This document shows, in pieces, positions 1 to 11,362 of a stretch of DNA of 64,000 bases; position 1 is the first letter of the stretch, and every line of letters begins with the position of its first letter. Position numbers and translations under genes: made by a program. The notes beneath the pieces were generated by a model that did no database searches, was not told where the DNA came from, and saw only the letters and a program-made list of their open reading frames with translations. The stretch comes from an uncultured cyanobacterium. GTDB lineage: Bacteria > Cyanobacteriota > Cyanobacteriia > PCC-6307 > Cyanobiaceae. The stretch spans positions 64,001-128,000 of the forward strand of contig CAVONQ010000007.1 in the NCBI GenBank assembly GCA_963697335.1, given 5' to 3'.

Positions 1-2802
<2,802 letters not shown>

Positions 2803-2836
2803 TTGATCCCGCTCCTTCAACCCTGAGGTTTTCTTC

Positions 2837-3244
2837 ATGTCCCTGACTCTCCGAGTTCTGGCACCGGACCAGAGCGTTTTTGATGGCAGCGCCGAAGAGG
2901 TGATCCTGCCCAGCACCACCGGCCAGGTGGGCATCTTGCCCGGCCACGTCACCATGCTGGCGGCCCTGGACACTGGGGTGATGCGTCTACGGGCGGGAGG
3001 ATCCTGGAGCACGATCGCCCTGCTTGGTGGCTTTGCCGAGGTGGAAGCCGATGAGGTCACGGTGTTGGTGAACGGCGCCCAACTGGGCGCCAGCATCGAT
3101 GCGGCTGCGGCCCAGGCTGAGTTCGAAGCAGCCCAGACCATCGCCAGCAGCTTTGAGGGCAAGTCGCCGAGCACGGAAAAGCTCAAGGCACAGCAGGCCC
3201 TTGCCAAGGCCAGGGCCTGGATGCAGGCCACCCGGGGCACCTGA
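2837..3244 (+). CDS. atpC: ATP synthase F1 subunit epsilon
   Basis: MSLTLRVLAPD...GQVGILPGH...GGFAEV; directly follows atpD. Confidence 0.97.
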   Translation: MSLTLRVLAPDQSVFDGSAEEVILPSTTGQVGILPGHVTMLAALDTGVMRLRAGGSWSTIALLGGFAEVEADEVTVLVNGAQLGASIDAAAAQAEFEAAQTIASSFEGKSPSTEKLKAQQALAKARAWMQATRGT

Positions 3245-3333
3245 AGCCAGGCTGCCCAGGTCATGCCCGGCCTGGGCATCGATAGATTCGCGCCGAAGGC
3301 GGCTGCCGCCATGACAGCACTTGCGGGAGGACG

Positions 3334-4470
3334 GTGGGAGGCAAGGGGCGTGAGCTCGGGCTGAAGCTCCGGGCCTGGCAGGAGAGCGGAACGCCGGGGC
3401 TGCTCAACGGCAAGACCATGGCGAACCGACTGGTGGATCTGCTCGGGGCCGATGAGATGTTGAAGGGTCCCGTGAGGGACCTGGCCGTGCAACCGCTTTT
3501 TCTGCGTGCCCTCGGCCCTTCCGGCGCCGCCCGCGACAGCTCCGTGGAGCAGCTGAGCCAGCAGCTCGCCGCCACCTATGCCCCGGCCGTGCTGGCCGAA
3601 CTGCTTGACCTGCTGGAGGCCGCCAGCGGGGTGGCCTTGCCGCGGCCGGAGAGCACGATGACCAGGCGCCACCCGCCGGCCCCAGGCGGTGGCCTGGCCG
3701 TGGACCGCGCCCTGCAAGCTCTGGGCCCCACGCTCCACGCCCTGGGCCCTGGCCTGGCCCTGGCCGCCAGCTTCGCCCTGGTGCTGCGCTGGTTCGGCGG
3801 CGAACTGGAGCGGGAGCTGTTCGAGCCCTGGGGCTGGCCCGCCGGCGTGGTACTGGCGTTGACACTGGGCCTGTTGCAGGCCCTGGCGATCGGCCCCCTG
3901 AAGGCCATCAGGCGCCAATGGCCGCTTGAGCAGGCCGATGCCTCCGATCCCCGCCAGGCCTGGCGCTGGATCACCGCCCCCTGGATCCACCACAGCCAGG
4001 CCGAGGCAGCCGTCAACGTGGTGGTGCTGCTGATCCTGCTGGGGCCCTCGCCCCTACCCCTGCCCGACCTGCTGCTGCGTTATGCCCTCACCAGCCTGGC
4101 CACCACGGCCCTGGCCCTGGTGCTGGCGAGGCGGGTCACCGACCAGCGGCGCTGGGATGGAGCCGCTGGGGCGATCAGCGCCCTGATCGGCCTGGGGGCC
4201 GCCTCCAGCCTGGTGCACTGGCGGGCCCTGGCCTACCCCCTGGGCAACAGCCTGGCCATCCCCTGCTGGGTGCTGCTGCTGATCTACGGCGCCCTGCAGC
4301 TGAGCTGGCAGCTGCCCCGCCAGAGCGACACTGACCTCAGCAGCCCCCTCGATCGCCTGCTGAGCTGCCAGTGGTGGTGGGGTCTGGCACTCGGGGTCGG
4401 CTGGGCCGTGGTCAGCCGGCTGGGGGGGCTGTTGCAACTCGCCCTGCGGGCCCGGGAAGCCGGCGGCTGA
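3334..4470 (+). CDS. Membrane protein: helical N-terminal domain plus rhomboid-like multi-TM domain, probably catalytically inactive
   Basis: WRWITAPWIH resembles the rhomboid WR/loop-1 motif; GAAG sits where GxSG is expected; multiple hydrophobic segments. Confidence 0.6.
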   Translation: MGGKGRELGLKLRAWQESGTPGLLNGKTMANRLVDLLGADEMLKGPVRDLAVQPLFLRALGPSGAARDSSVEQLSQQLAATYAPAVLAELLDLLEAASGVALPRPESTMTRRHPPAPGGGLAVDRALQALGPTLHALGPGLALAASFALVLRWFGGELERELFEPWGWPAGVVLALTLGLLQALAIGPLKAIRRQWPLEQADASDPRQAWRWITAPWIHHSQAEAAVNVVVLLILLGPSPLPLPDLLLRYALTSLATTALALVLARRVTDQRRWDGAAGAISALIGLGAASSLVHWRALAYPLGNSLAIPCWVLLLIYGALQLSWQLPRQSDTDLSSPLDRLLSCQWWWGLALGVGWAVVSRLGGLLQLALRAREAGG

Positions 4471-4476
4471 ACGGCC

Positions 4477-6819
4477 TCAACTGGGCTGGGCCGGGATGGC
4501 GCCCATGTAGCGGCCCCAGAGTTCGGCCACCAGGCCGCCGCTGGCCGCCTCGGCCGGCCGGTTGTCGTCGTTGCCCATCCAGATCGCCGTGAGGATCTGG
4601 CGGGAGGGGGAGTAGCCGATGAACAGCACATCGACGCCGTCGTTGGTGGTGCCGGTCTTGCCGCGGGCATCGGCCACCCCGGCGGCCGCCTTGCCGGTGC
4701 CGTCCCGCACCACCTGGGCCAGCAGGTCGTCCATCACCGCGGCATCAGCAGCCGTGAGCAGCTGGCGGGGCTGCTCACCGATCGGGGTGGTGACCCCCTG
4801 CTCCGGGCAGGTGTCGAGGCTGTAGATCGAGCGGCAGAGGCCCAGGTCGTAGATACGGCTGACTCCGTGCATCGGCACGCTGCTGCCGCCATTGGCCACC
4901 ACCGCGTAGGCGCGGGCCAGCTCGTAGAGCAGGGTTTCACGGCCACCCAGCATGGTGTTGAAGTCGGCGTCGAGGGGAGTGCTCAGGCCCAGCTGGCGGG
5001 CCTTGCGCACCACCTGGTTGAGGCCGGCCTTTTCGGCCAGCCGCAACGCCACCACATTCTCTGACTGGGCGAAGCCGCGGGCCAGCGTGATGCTGCCGCC
5101 CCCCTGGCGGCAGCCGGCCACGTAGCCCAGGGGGGCACAGGAGATCAGCTCGGTGGGGCGGGCGCCCGCCTCCAGTGCCGCCAGGTAGGGGAAGAGCTTG
5201 AAGGTGGAGCCAGGCTGGCGCAGGGCCTGAACCCGGTCGAAGCTGGAGCGGGAATAGTCGCCACCACCCACATAGGCGAGGATCTCACCGCTGCGGTAGT
5301 TGAGCGAGATCAGGGCGCCCTGGGTGAGGCCCACCCGAGCCGCCGGGCCCTCCAGGAAGCGCTGCAGTTGCAGCTGGGCCAGCTGCTGCAGCTTCGGGTC
5401 GATGGTGCTCACGACGTAGTAATTGCCGCCCGCCTCTTTCTCAGAGAGGTTGAGGCCGAAGCGGGTGCCTTCCAGTTCCCCGAGCACGTAGTCGCTGAAG
5501 AAGGGATAGCTGGAGAAGCTCGATTCACGGCAAGCGGAGGGATCGATGTTCAGCGGCCGCCGCTGGGCATCGATCAACTGCTGATCCCCCAGGTAGCCCT
5601 GCTCGTGCATGAGCTTGAGCACCAGGTCGCGGCGTTCCCGGCCAGCTGTGGGATCCTTGACATTGCAGGGGCTGTAGCCATTGGGGCTGGGCAGCAGCCC
5701 CACCAGGAAGGCCGCCTGGCCTACGTCGAGGTCGCTGACCGGCTTGCGGAAGTAGAGCCGGGAAGCCTGCTCGAAGCCGTCGGTGCCCAGGCCCAGGTGA
5801 GCCCGGTCCAGGTACATCTTGAGAATCTGGTTCTTGCTGTAGCCCACCTCCAGCTGCAGAGCCACCCAGAGCTCCCGCAGCTTGCGGCTCAGGCTGTAGT
5901 CAGTGCCCACCTCCGCGTAGTAGATGCGGGCGACCTGCTGGGTGAGGCCGCTGCCGCCGCCGCTGCCCAGCAGGGCCGAGCGCAGGGTGCCGAACAGATC
6001 CACGCCGCTGTTCCAGCCAAAGCGGGCCTCCTCGGAGGCCAGCAGGGCCTGGCGCAGATGGAGGGGGTAGGCCTGCAGGGAAGGCAGGGCCGTGGCCGAC
6101 CCCTCCTTGGCGTCGATCTGCTGGCCCGAGGCCGCCACGATCTTCACCGGGCCAGAGATCAGCCGGATGCGGGAGCCACCTCCGATCGAGGCCGCCGCCA
6201 GCAGCGCCCCCACCAGCAGGCCCGACCCCACCAGGCTGCCGAGGCCGAGCAGGTGCATGGCCTGCTCAAGGGCGCTGCGGGGGTGCAGGTAGCGGAGTCG
6301 GGGTGCCGCGCCCTTGAGCGGCGAGCCGAAGTGCACCCAGTCGCCATGGCGCAGGCGGATGGACCGGATGCGGCGATCGCGATGGAACAGGCCGTTGGCG
6401 GAATTGAAGTCCTCGAGAGCGAAATCACGCTCGCCGGGGCGCTGCTTCTCGAGAATGGCGTGCACCCGGCTGAGGCTATCGGCGGGCAGCGGCAACTCAC
6501 AGGCCGGGTCGCGGCCGATGCGGTAGCGGCCCTCCAGCAGCGCGGTGCGGCTCAGCCGCCGCTCCCCGAGCCACAGCTCCGCCACCGCCCTGTGCTCCCG
6601 CAGCGGCCCCCAGGCCGAGCGCACCGCGGCCGGACGGTCGGCCAGCCTCCCCCGGCCGCAGGCGGCCAGAAAGCGTTGCCAGGCCCGGCGGTGGCCTGGG
6701 CTGGCGGGGTCCGCGGCAGCCTCGGCCCCAGCACCGGCGGCGGACGCCCCGACCGACGGATCCAGCCGCCGGTCAGAGGCCGGATCGGTGGGCCGATCGG
6801 TGGTGGACGGGTCGGCCAT
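4477..6819 (-). CDS. FHA-domain class A penicillin-binding protein (FHA-TM-transglycosylase-transpeptidase)
   Basis: FHA: IGR, SRVHA, NSANG; GT51: EEARF, GSGLTQQ, RKLRE; transpeptidase: STFK, SEN, KTG; start placed at ATG 6819. Confidence 0.9.
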   Translation of the reverse strand: MADPSTTDRPTDPASDRRLDPSVGASAAGAGAEAAADPASPGHRRAWQRFLAACGRGRLADRPAAVRSAWGPLREHRAVAELWLGERRLSRTALLEGRYRIGRDPACELPLPADSLSRVHAILEKQRPGERDFALEDFNSANGLFHRDRRIRSIRLRHGDWVHFGSPLKGAAPRLRYLHPRSALEQAMHLLGLGSLVGSGLLVGALLAAASIGGGSRIRLISGPVKIVAASGQQIDAKEGSATALPSLQAYPLHLRQALLASEEARFGWNSGVDLFGTLRSALLGSGGGSGLTQQVARIYYAEVGTDYSLSRKLRELWVALQLEVGYSKNQILKMYLDRAHLGLGTDGFEQASRLYFRKPVSDLDVGQAAFLVGLLPSPNGYSPCNVKDPTAGRERRDLVLKLMHEQGYLGDQQLIDAQRRPLNIDPSACRESSFSSYPFFSDYVLGELEGTRFGLNLSEKEAGGNYYVVSTIDPKLQQLAQLQLQRFLEGPAARVGLTQGALISLNYRSGEILAYVGGGDYSRSSFDRVQALRQPGSTFKLFPYLAALEAGARPTELISCAPLGYVAGCRQGGGSITLARGFAQSENVVALRLAEKAGLNQVVRKARQLGLSTPLDADFNTMLGGRETLLYELARAYAVVANGGSSVPMHGVSRIYDLGLCRSIYSLDTCPEQGVTTPIGEQPRQLLTAADAAVMDDLLAQVVRDGTGKAAAGVADARGKTGTTNDGVDVLFIGYSPSRQILTAIWMGNDDNRPAEAASGGLVAELWGRYMGAIPAQPS

Positions 6820-6876
6820 GGAGGCGTATCTCTGGCGCAGCCCGAGATACGCTAACCGCTCTGATCTCCCCGTCCC

Positions 6877-7152
6877 GTGCTGCGCCAGCGCGATCCTTGG
6901 GAGCCCTTCAGGCTCTGGCTGGCCCTCACGATCGGCCTCTACGCGATCCGTGCCAGCTTCGCCGCCACCTGGATGGGGGCGATCCCCGGCTGGGTGCTGC
7001 TGGCCATGGTGCTGGTCGCCTTGGCCCTGGCCAGCAAGGCCCTGGTCTTCCCCGGGCGTGTCACCCCCTACCGCGAAGGCGATGACGGCTGGTGGGCCGA
7101 CATTCAGGCCGACTGGCGCCTCTGGTGGCGCCGTCGCCGCGGGGGGGCATGA
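6877..7152 (+). CDS. Small two-TM hypothetical protein
   Basis: 91 aa with two hydrophobic stretches; stop overlaps next ATG (ATGA at 7149-7152). Confidence 0.65.
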   Translation: MLRQRDPWEPFRLWLALTIGLYAIRASFAATWMGAIPGWVLLAMVLVALALASKALVFPGRVTPYREGDDGWWADIQADWRLWWRRRRGGA

Positions 7153-7898
7153 ATCCCCCACTCGCCCAGCTGCGGCTGCGGGATCAGGCCGGCAAGGTCG
7201 CCCGGCTGGATCCCCAGCAGCCACTCACCATCGGCCGGGCCACCAACAACAGGCTCTGCATGCCCGAGCAGTCGGGTCTCTCCCCCCACCACGCCGTGGT
7301 GCGCCACTCCAGCAGCCAGGGCGGCTGGGTGGTGTGCGACTGGCAGAGCACCGATGGCACCTACCTGCGGGGACAGCGCCTGCAGCACTGCCGACCCCTG
7401 GACGATGGCGACGAGATCCGGCTGGGCATCAACGGGCCGGTGTTGATTTTTTCACTGGCTCCGGCAACCCCGGCGACCAGCCCTCCAGCCCCAGAGCCCC
7501 CCCCCGCCCAGGTTCCGAGTGCGCCCCCCGCCGCTCACCGCGCCGCCTCTGCCGCCCCTGCCGCCCCACGCAGCATCGACATCGGCGGCGAGCAGATCGC
7601 CCTCGATCAGATTCGCTCGGCCACGGTGTTCAGCCTGCCGCGCCACCCCCACATCTTCAGCTGGTGGCTGCTGGTCAGCCTCGGCAGCCTGCTGCTGCTG
7701 CCCTTTCCGCTGCTGTTCTGGCCCCTGGAGGTGGCGGCCCTGGCCGGCTGGGTCCTGCTGGGGTCCCGCAAAGACCACAGCCTTGTGGTGGTGCTGCGCG
7801 ACGGTCGCGCCCAGCGGCGCAGCTTCTCCAACCGGCTCACGGCCCTCTCCCACCGCAACGGCATCCGCAAGGCCATCGGCCAGAGTCTGGGGGCCTGA
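7149..7898 (+). CDS. FHA-domain membrane protein
   Basis: IGR, SPHHA, STDGT FHA motifs; Pro/Ala linker; C-terminal TM hairpin. Confidence 0.85.
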   Translation: MNPPLAQLRLRDQAGKVARLDPQQPLTIGRATNNRLCMPEQSGLSPHHAVVRHSSSQGGWVVCDWQSTDGTYLRGQRLQHCRPLDDGDEIRLGINGPVLIFSLAPATPATSPPAPEPPPAQVPSAPPAAHRAASAAPAAPRSIDIGGEQIALDQIRSATVFSLPRHPHIFSWWLLVSLGSLLLLPFPLLFWPLEVAALAGWVLLGSRKDHSLVVVLRDGRAQRRSFSNRLTALSHRNGIRKAIGQSLGA

Positions 7899-7911
7899 CC
7901 AGCCACCCCCT

Positions 7912-9246
7912 GTGACCTGGATCCTGCCGGAAGGCGCCAGCCTCGACCTCGAGGGCATGGCCGGCCCGCTGCGGGTGCTGCGGGGCCTCGGCGGCGGCAC
8001 CCAGGGACAGGTGTACGCGGTGGAGACCGCCGGGGAACAGCTGGCGCTGAAGTGGTACCTGCCAGCCTGCATCGCCCGCGATCCGAATCTGGAGCGGCGG
8101 CTGGGGGAGAGCATCCGGGCCACAGCTCCCAGCGACGCCTTCCTCTGGCCCCTGGCCCTGGTCAAGGCCAGCCCAGGGGCCCTGGGGCTGATACGCACTC
8201 GAGAGCCGGGCTTCGGCTACCTGATGGAGCTGCGCCCTGCCGGCTTCCTCGGGGCCCATGAGCATGTGGGCGGCCACCTGGAGATCAGCCTGCGCAACGT
8301 GGTGCGGGCCTGCTTCTTTCTGGCGGAGGCCTTCCACGCCCTGCACCTCAAGGGCCTCTGTTACAAAGACATCTCCCTGGGCAACCTGTTCCTGGAGCCC
8401 TCCAGCGGCCGCATCCTGATCTGCGACAACGACAACGTCGACGTGGATGGCCGCGACCTGGGCAGCGTGCTGGGCACCCCCGGCTTCATGGCGCCGGAGA
8501 TCCTGATGGGCCGGGCCCGGCCGGGGGCCGCCAGCGATCTGTTCTCCCTGGCGGTGCTGATCTTCCGCCTGCTCACCCGTAGCGATCCGCTGCGGGGGGA
8601 GCGGGAACTGGCGATCCGCTGCCTCGACGAGCCCGCCCGGCGGCGGCTCTACGGCGAGGAGCCCCTGTTCATCTTCGATCCGCGCGATGCCCGCAACCGG
8701 CCCGACCCGATCGAGCACGCCGCCGCCCTGGTCACCTGGCCGATCTACCCCGAGCCGATCAAGCGGCTGTTCGAGCAGACTTTCTGCGACGGCCTGCAGG
8801 CTCCGCGGCGGCGGGCCCTCACCGGCCAGTGGATGGCCGCCCTGGCGGCGGCCCTGGACCAGCGCCAGCCCTGCCCCCACTGCGGCCAGGAGACCTTCCC
8901 GGATCCGGCGGCCCAGGCCCCCCTCTGCTGGAGCTGTGGCAACCCCCTGCCCGCGCCGCTGCGGCTGAGGCTCGCCCATGGCCTGGTGACGGCGGCGGCG
9001 GGCAACGAGCTCCATCCCCACCATGGCGACAGCCGGCTGCCCGTGGCCCTACACCAACCCGTGGCCAGGGTGGAGGCTCACCCCGGTGATCCCACCCTGC
9101 TGGGGCTGCGCAACCTGGGCAACCAGGCCTGGCTGGCCGAACTCACAAACGACAGGCGGGTCACGGTGGAACCGGGCCAAACCTGTAATCTCGCGCCACT
9201 GGTGCGGCTGATCACGCCGACCGGGGCCATTGCGCTGCAGTCCTGA
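7912..9246 (+). CDS. Ser/Thr protein kinase of TerY-associated (YegI-like) type with C-terminal CxxC...CxxC zinc ribbon
   Basis: GGGTQGQV, ALK, YKDISLGN, CDNDN, GTPGFMAPE, SDLFSL; CPHC and CWSC; start uncertain (GTG 7912 chosen). Confidence 0.9.
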   Translation: MTWILPEGASLDLEGMAGPLRVLRGLGGGTQGQVYAVETAGEQLALKWYLPACIARDPNLERRLGESIRATAPSDAFLWPLALVKASPGALGLIRTREPGFGYLMELRPAGFLGAHEHVGGHLEISLRNVVRACFFLAEAFHALHLKGLCYKDISLGNLFLEPSSGRILICDNDNVDVDGRDLGSVLGTPGFMAPEILMGRARPGAASDLFSLAVLIFRLLTRSDPLRGERELAIRCLDEPARRRLYGEEPLFIFDPRDARNRPDPIEHAAALVTWPIYPEPIKRLFEQTFCDGLQAPRRRALTGQWMAALAAALDQRQPCPHCGQETFPDPAAQAPLCWSCGNPLPAPLRLRLAHGLVTAAAGNELHPHHGDSRLPVALHQPVARVEAHPGDPTLLGLRNLGNQAWLAELTNDRRVTVEPGQTCNLAPLVRLITPTGAIALQS

Positions 9247-9269
9247 GCGAGTCGTCGAGCCCGGAACCG

Positions 9270-10052
9270 ATGCCCTTCCCCAACGTCAGGCTCGCCAATC
9301 GCCCACTCCATTTCATCTACATCTGCGACTGCTCCGGTTCGATGGAGGCCCAGGGCAAGATGCGGGCCCTCAACCAGGCGATCCGCCAGTCCTTGCCGGG
9401 CATGGCCGAGGTGGCCCGCCAGAACCCGGAGGCGCGGGTGCTGGTGCGGGCCGTGAGCTTCGCCGACCGGGCCGGCTGGCACATCGCCGCGCCCACGCCG
9501 GTGCAGGAGCTGGAGTGGGTGGATCTGCAGGCCGGTGGCATCACTGCCATGGGGGAGGCCCTGGAGCTGGTGGCTGCGGTGTTGCAGTCGCCGCCGATGG
9601 AGGAGCGGGCCCTGCCGCCGGTGCTGGTGCTGATCTCGGACGGTCAGCCCACCGACGACTTTGACGCTGGCCTGGCCAACCTGATGCGGCGCCCCTGGGC
9701 CCAGAAGGCGGTGCGCCTGGCGATCGCCATGGGCCACGACGCCGACACCGAAGTGCTGCAGCAGTTCATCGGTCCTGACCCTGCCGGCCATCTGCCCGCG
9801 GGAGAAATTCCCGGGGCCAGCGGCCAGAGCCCCCTGCACTGCGTGGGCAGATCCCCCCGCCGGCCGCTCCAGGCCAGCAACGCCACCTCCCTGGCCCAGT
9901 ACATCCAGTGGGCCTCCACCGCCGTGGTGGGCGCGGCCTCCATGCCCACCAGCCGCCTGGCGGGAACGGGCCCTGCCGGCAACATCCCCCTGCCGGATCT
10001 GCCCCCCACCCAGCTGGACCCCACCGACGATGTGGGACCGGTGGTGTGGTGA
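9270..10052 (+). CDS. TerY-like von Willebrand factor A protein
   Basis: MIDAS DCSGS, GGITAMGEAL, LISDGQPTD. Confidence 0.9.
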   Translation: MPFPNVRLANRPLHFIYICDCSGSMEAQGKMRALNQAIRQSLPGMAEVARQNPEARVLVRAVSFADRAGWHIAAPTPVQELEWVDLQAGGITAMGEALELVAAVLQSPPMEERALPPVLVLISDGQPTDDFDAGLANLMRRPWAQKAVRLAIAMGHDADTEVLQQFIGPDPAGHLPAGEIPGASGQSPLHCVGRSPRRPLQASNATSLAQYIQWASTAVVGAASMPTSRLAGTGPAGNIPLPDLPPTQLDPTDDVGPVVW

Positions 10053-11362
10053 ACCGCTGGCACCCACCGCTCCAGGCACGCCGCAGCGGTGCGGCCCATC
10101 GGCGCCAGGGCCGCCCCTGCCAGGACGCGGTGGCCATCGGCGAGCTGCGCAGCCGCGACGGCCAGGCCGTGCAGGTGATGGCCGTGGCCGATGGCCATGG
10201 CGGTGAGCGCTACATCCACAGCGCCGAGGGCAGCCGCCTTGCCTGCAGCGTGGCCCTGGCGGCCGTGGACCAGGGGCTGCGGGCCGGCGACCTGCCTGCT
10301 GGCGAGGGGCCGGAGCTGCAGGCGTGGCTGCACTGGCTGGCGGTCGCCCTGCCCCGCCAGCTCCACAGCGACTGGCTCAACGCCGTGCAGGGACACTGGC
10401 AGGGCCTGACCGCCCTGGAGCAGGCCCAACCCGCCGAAGCCGACGTGCCCCTGCTCTACGGCACCACCCTGGGGCTGGTGCTGATGGCCCCCGGCTGGTG
10501 GGGCTTCACCGGTCTTGGCGACTGGGACCTGGTGCGGATCGACGCGGCGGGCCAGGGGGAGCTGCTGAGCGAGGAGCCGTTCATGGGCGGTGGTGAAGCC
10601 ACCGGCAGCCTCTGTCTGGAGCGGGCGGCCGAGGGATTCCGCAGTGGGCTGACACCGATCCGCGATCCCGATCGCGCCTTCGCCCTGGTGTTAAGCAGTG
10701 ACGGCATCCGCAAGTCGTGCGCTACCGATGCCGACTTTCTCGCCCTGGCCTGCCACCTGGCCAGCACCGCGGCTTTGGCAGCCGGCGACGATCTGGCCGC
10801 CTGCCTCGATCAGATCAGCTGCGAGGGCAGCGGCGACGACGTGACCGTGGCCATCGGCCACTGGGGCGGATCGGGTCCCATGACCGAGCCACAGCCGGCT
10901 GCAGAGCCACCTCCTCCACCGGCTCCACAGCGACGGAGCAGGACCATCGGGCTCGCAGCCCTGGCCCTGGTGGTGGTAGCCGGGATGGTCTGGGGCTGGC
11001 TGGGACAGCGGCAGCGGAACCAGGCCGGCCGCCCGGCCGCGCCCGTGGCGGCCGAGATCACCCGGCTCTGCCGCAGCCCCGCCGCCACCATCGGCGGTAC
11101 CCTGAGCGGCCGGCGCAGTCAGTTCAGCGGGCTCCGCCAGGGCACCCTGACCCCCGCCCAGCTGCTGGCCTCGGCCCAGCTCGACCCCCTTGGTGCCCTG
11201 ATCGCCAGCAGTTTCGATCCGGGCAGGGCTGGCATGGTCCAGGGGTCCGGCCTCCGGGACCTCGCCCTCTGTCCCGATCTGGCAGCCGCCCTGGGCCAGC
11301 AGTGGCAGGCGGGCAGTGCCGCCGCGGCACCCAAGCTCGATTCCCTCCCTTCCCCGCCATGA
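10049..11362 (+). CDS. PP2C-family phosphatase with TM helix and C-terminal extra domain
   Basis: GAAH...CQDA, VADGHG, GTT, GLGD, SSDG, GDDVT; TM IGLAALALVVVAGMVWGWL; GTGA overlap with vWA stop. Confidence 0.88.
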   Translation: MNRWHPPLQARRSGAAHRRQGRPCQDAVAIGELRSRDGQAVQVMAVADGHGGERYIHSAEGSRLACSVALAAVDQGLRAGDLPAGEGPELQAWLHWLAVALPRQLHSDWLNAVQGHWQGLTALEQAQPAEADVPLLYGTTLGLVLMAPGWWGFTGLGDWDLVRIDAAGQGELLSEEPFMGGGEATGSLCLERAAEGFRSGLTPIRDPDRAFALVLSSDGIRKSCATDADFLALACHLASTAALAAGDDLAACLDQISCEGSGDDVTVAIGHWGGSGPMTEPQPAAEPPPPPAPQRRSRTIGLAALALVVVAGMVWGWLGQRQRNQAGRPAAPVAAEITRLCRSPAATIGGTLSGRRSQFSGLRQGTLTPAQLLASAQLDPLGALIASSFDPGRAGMVQGSGLRDLALCPDLAAALGQQWQAGSAAAAPKLDSLPSPP

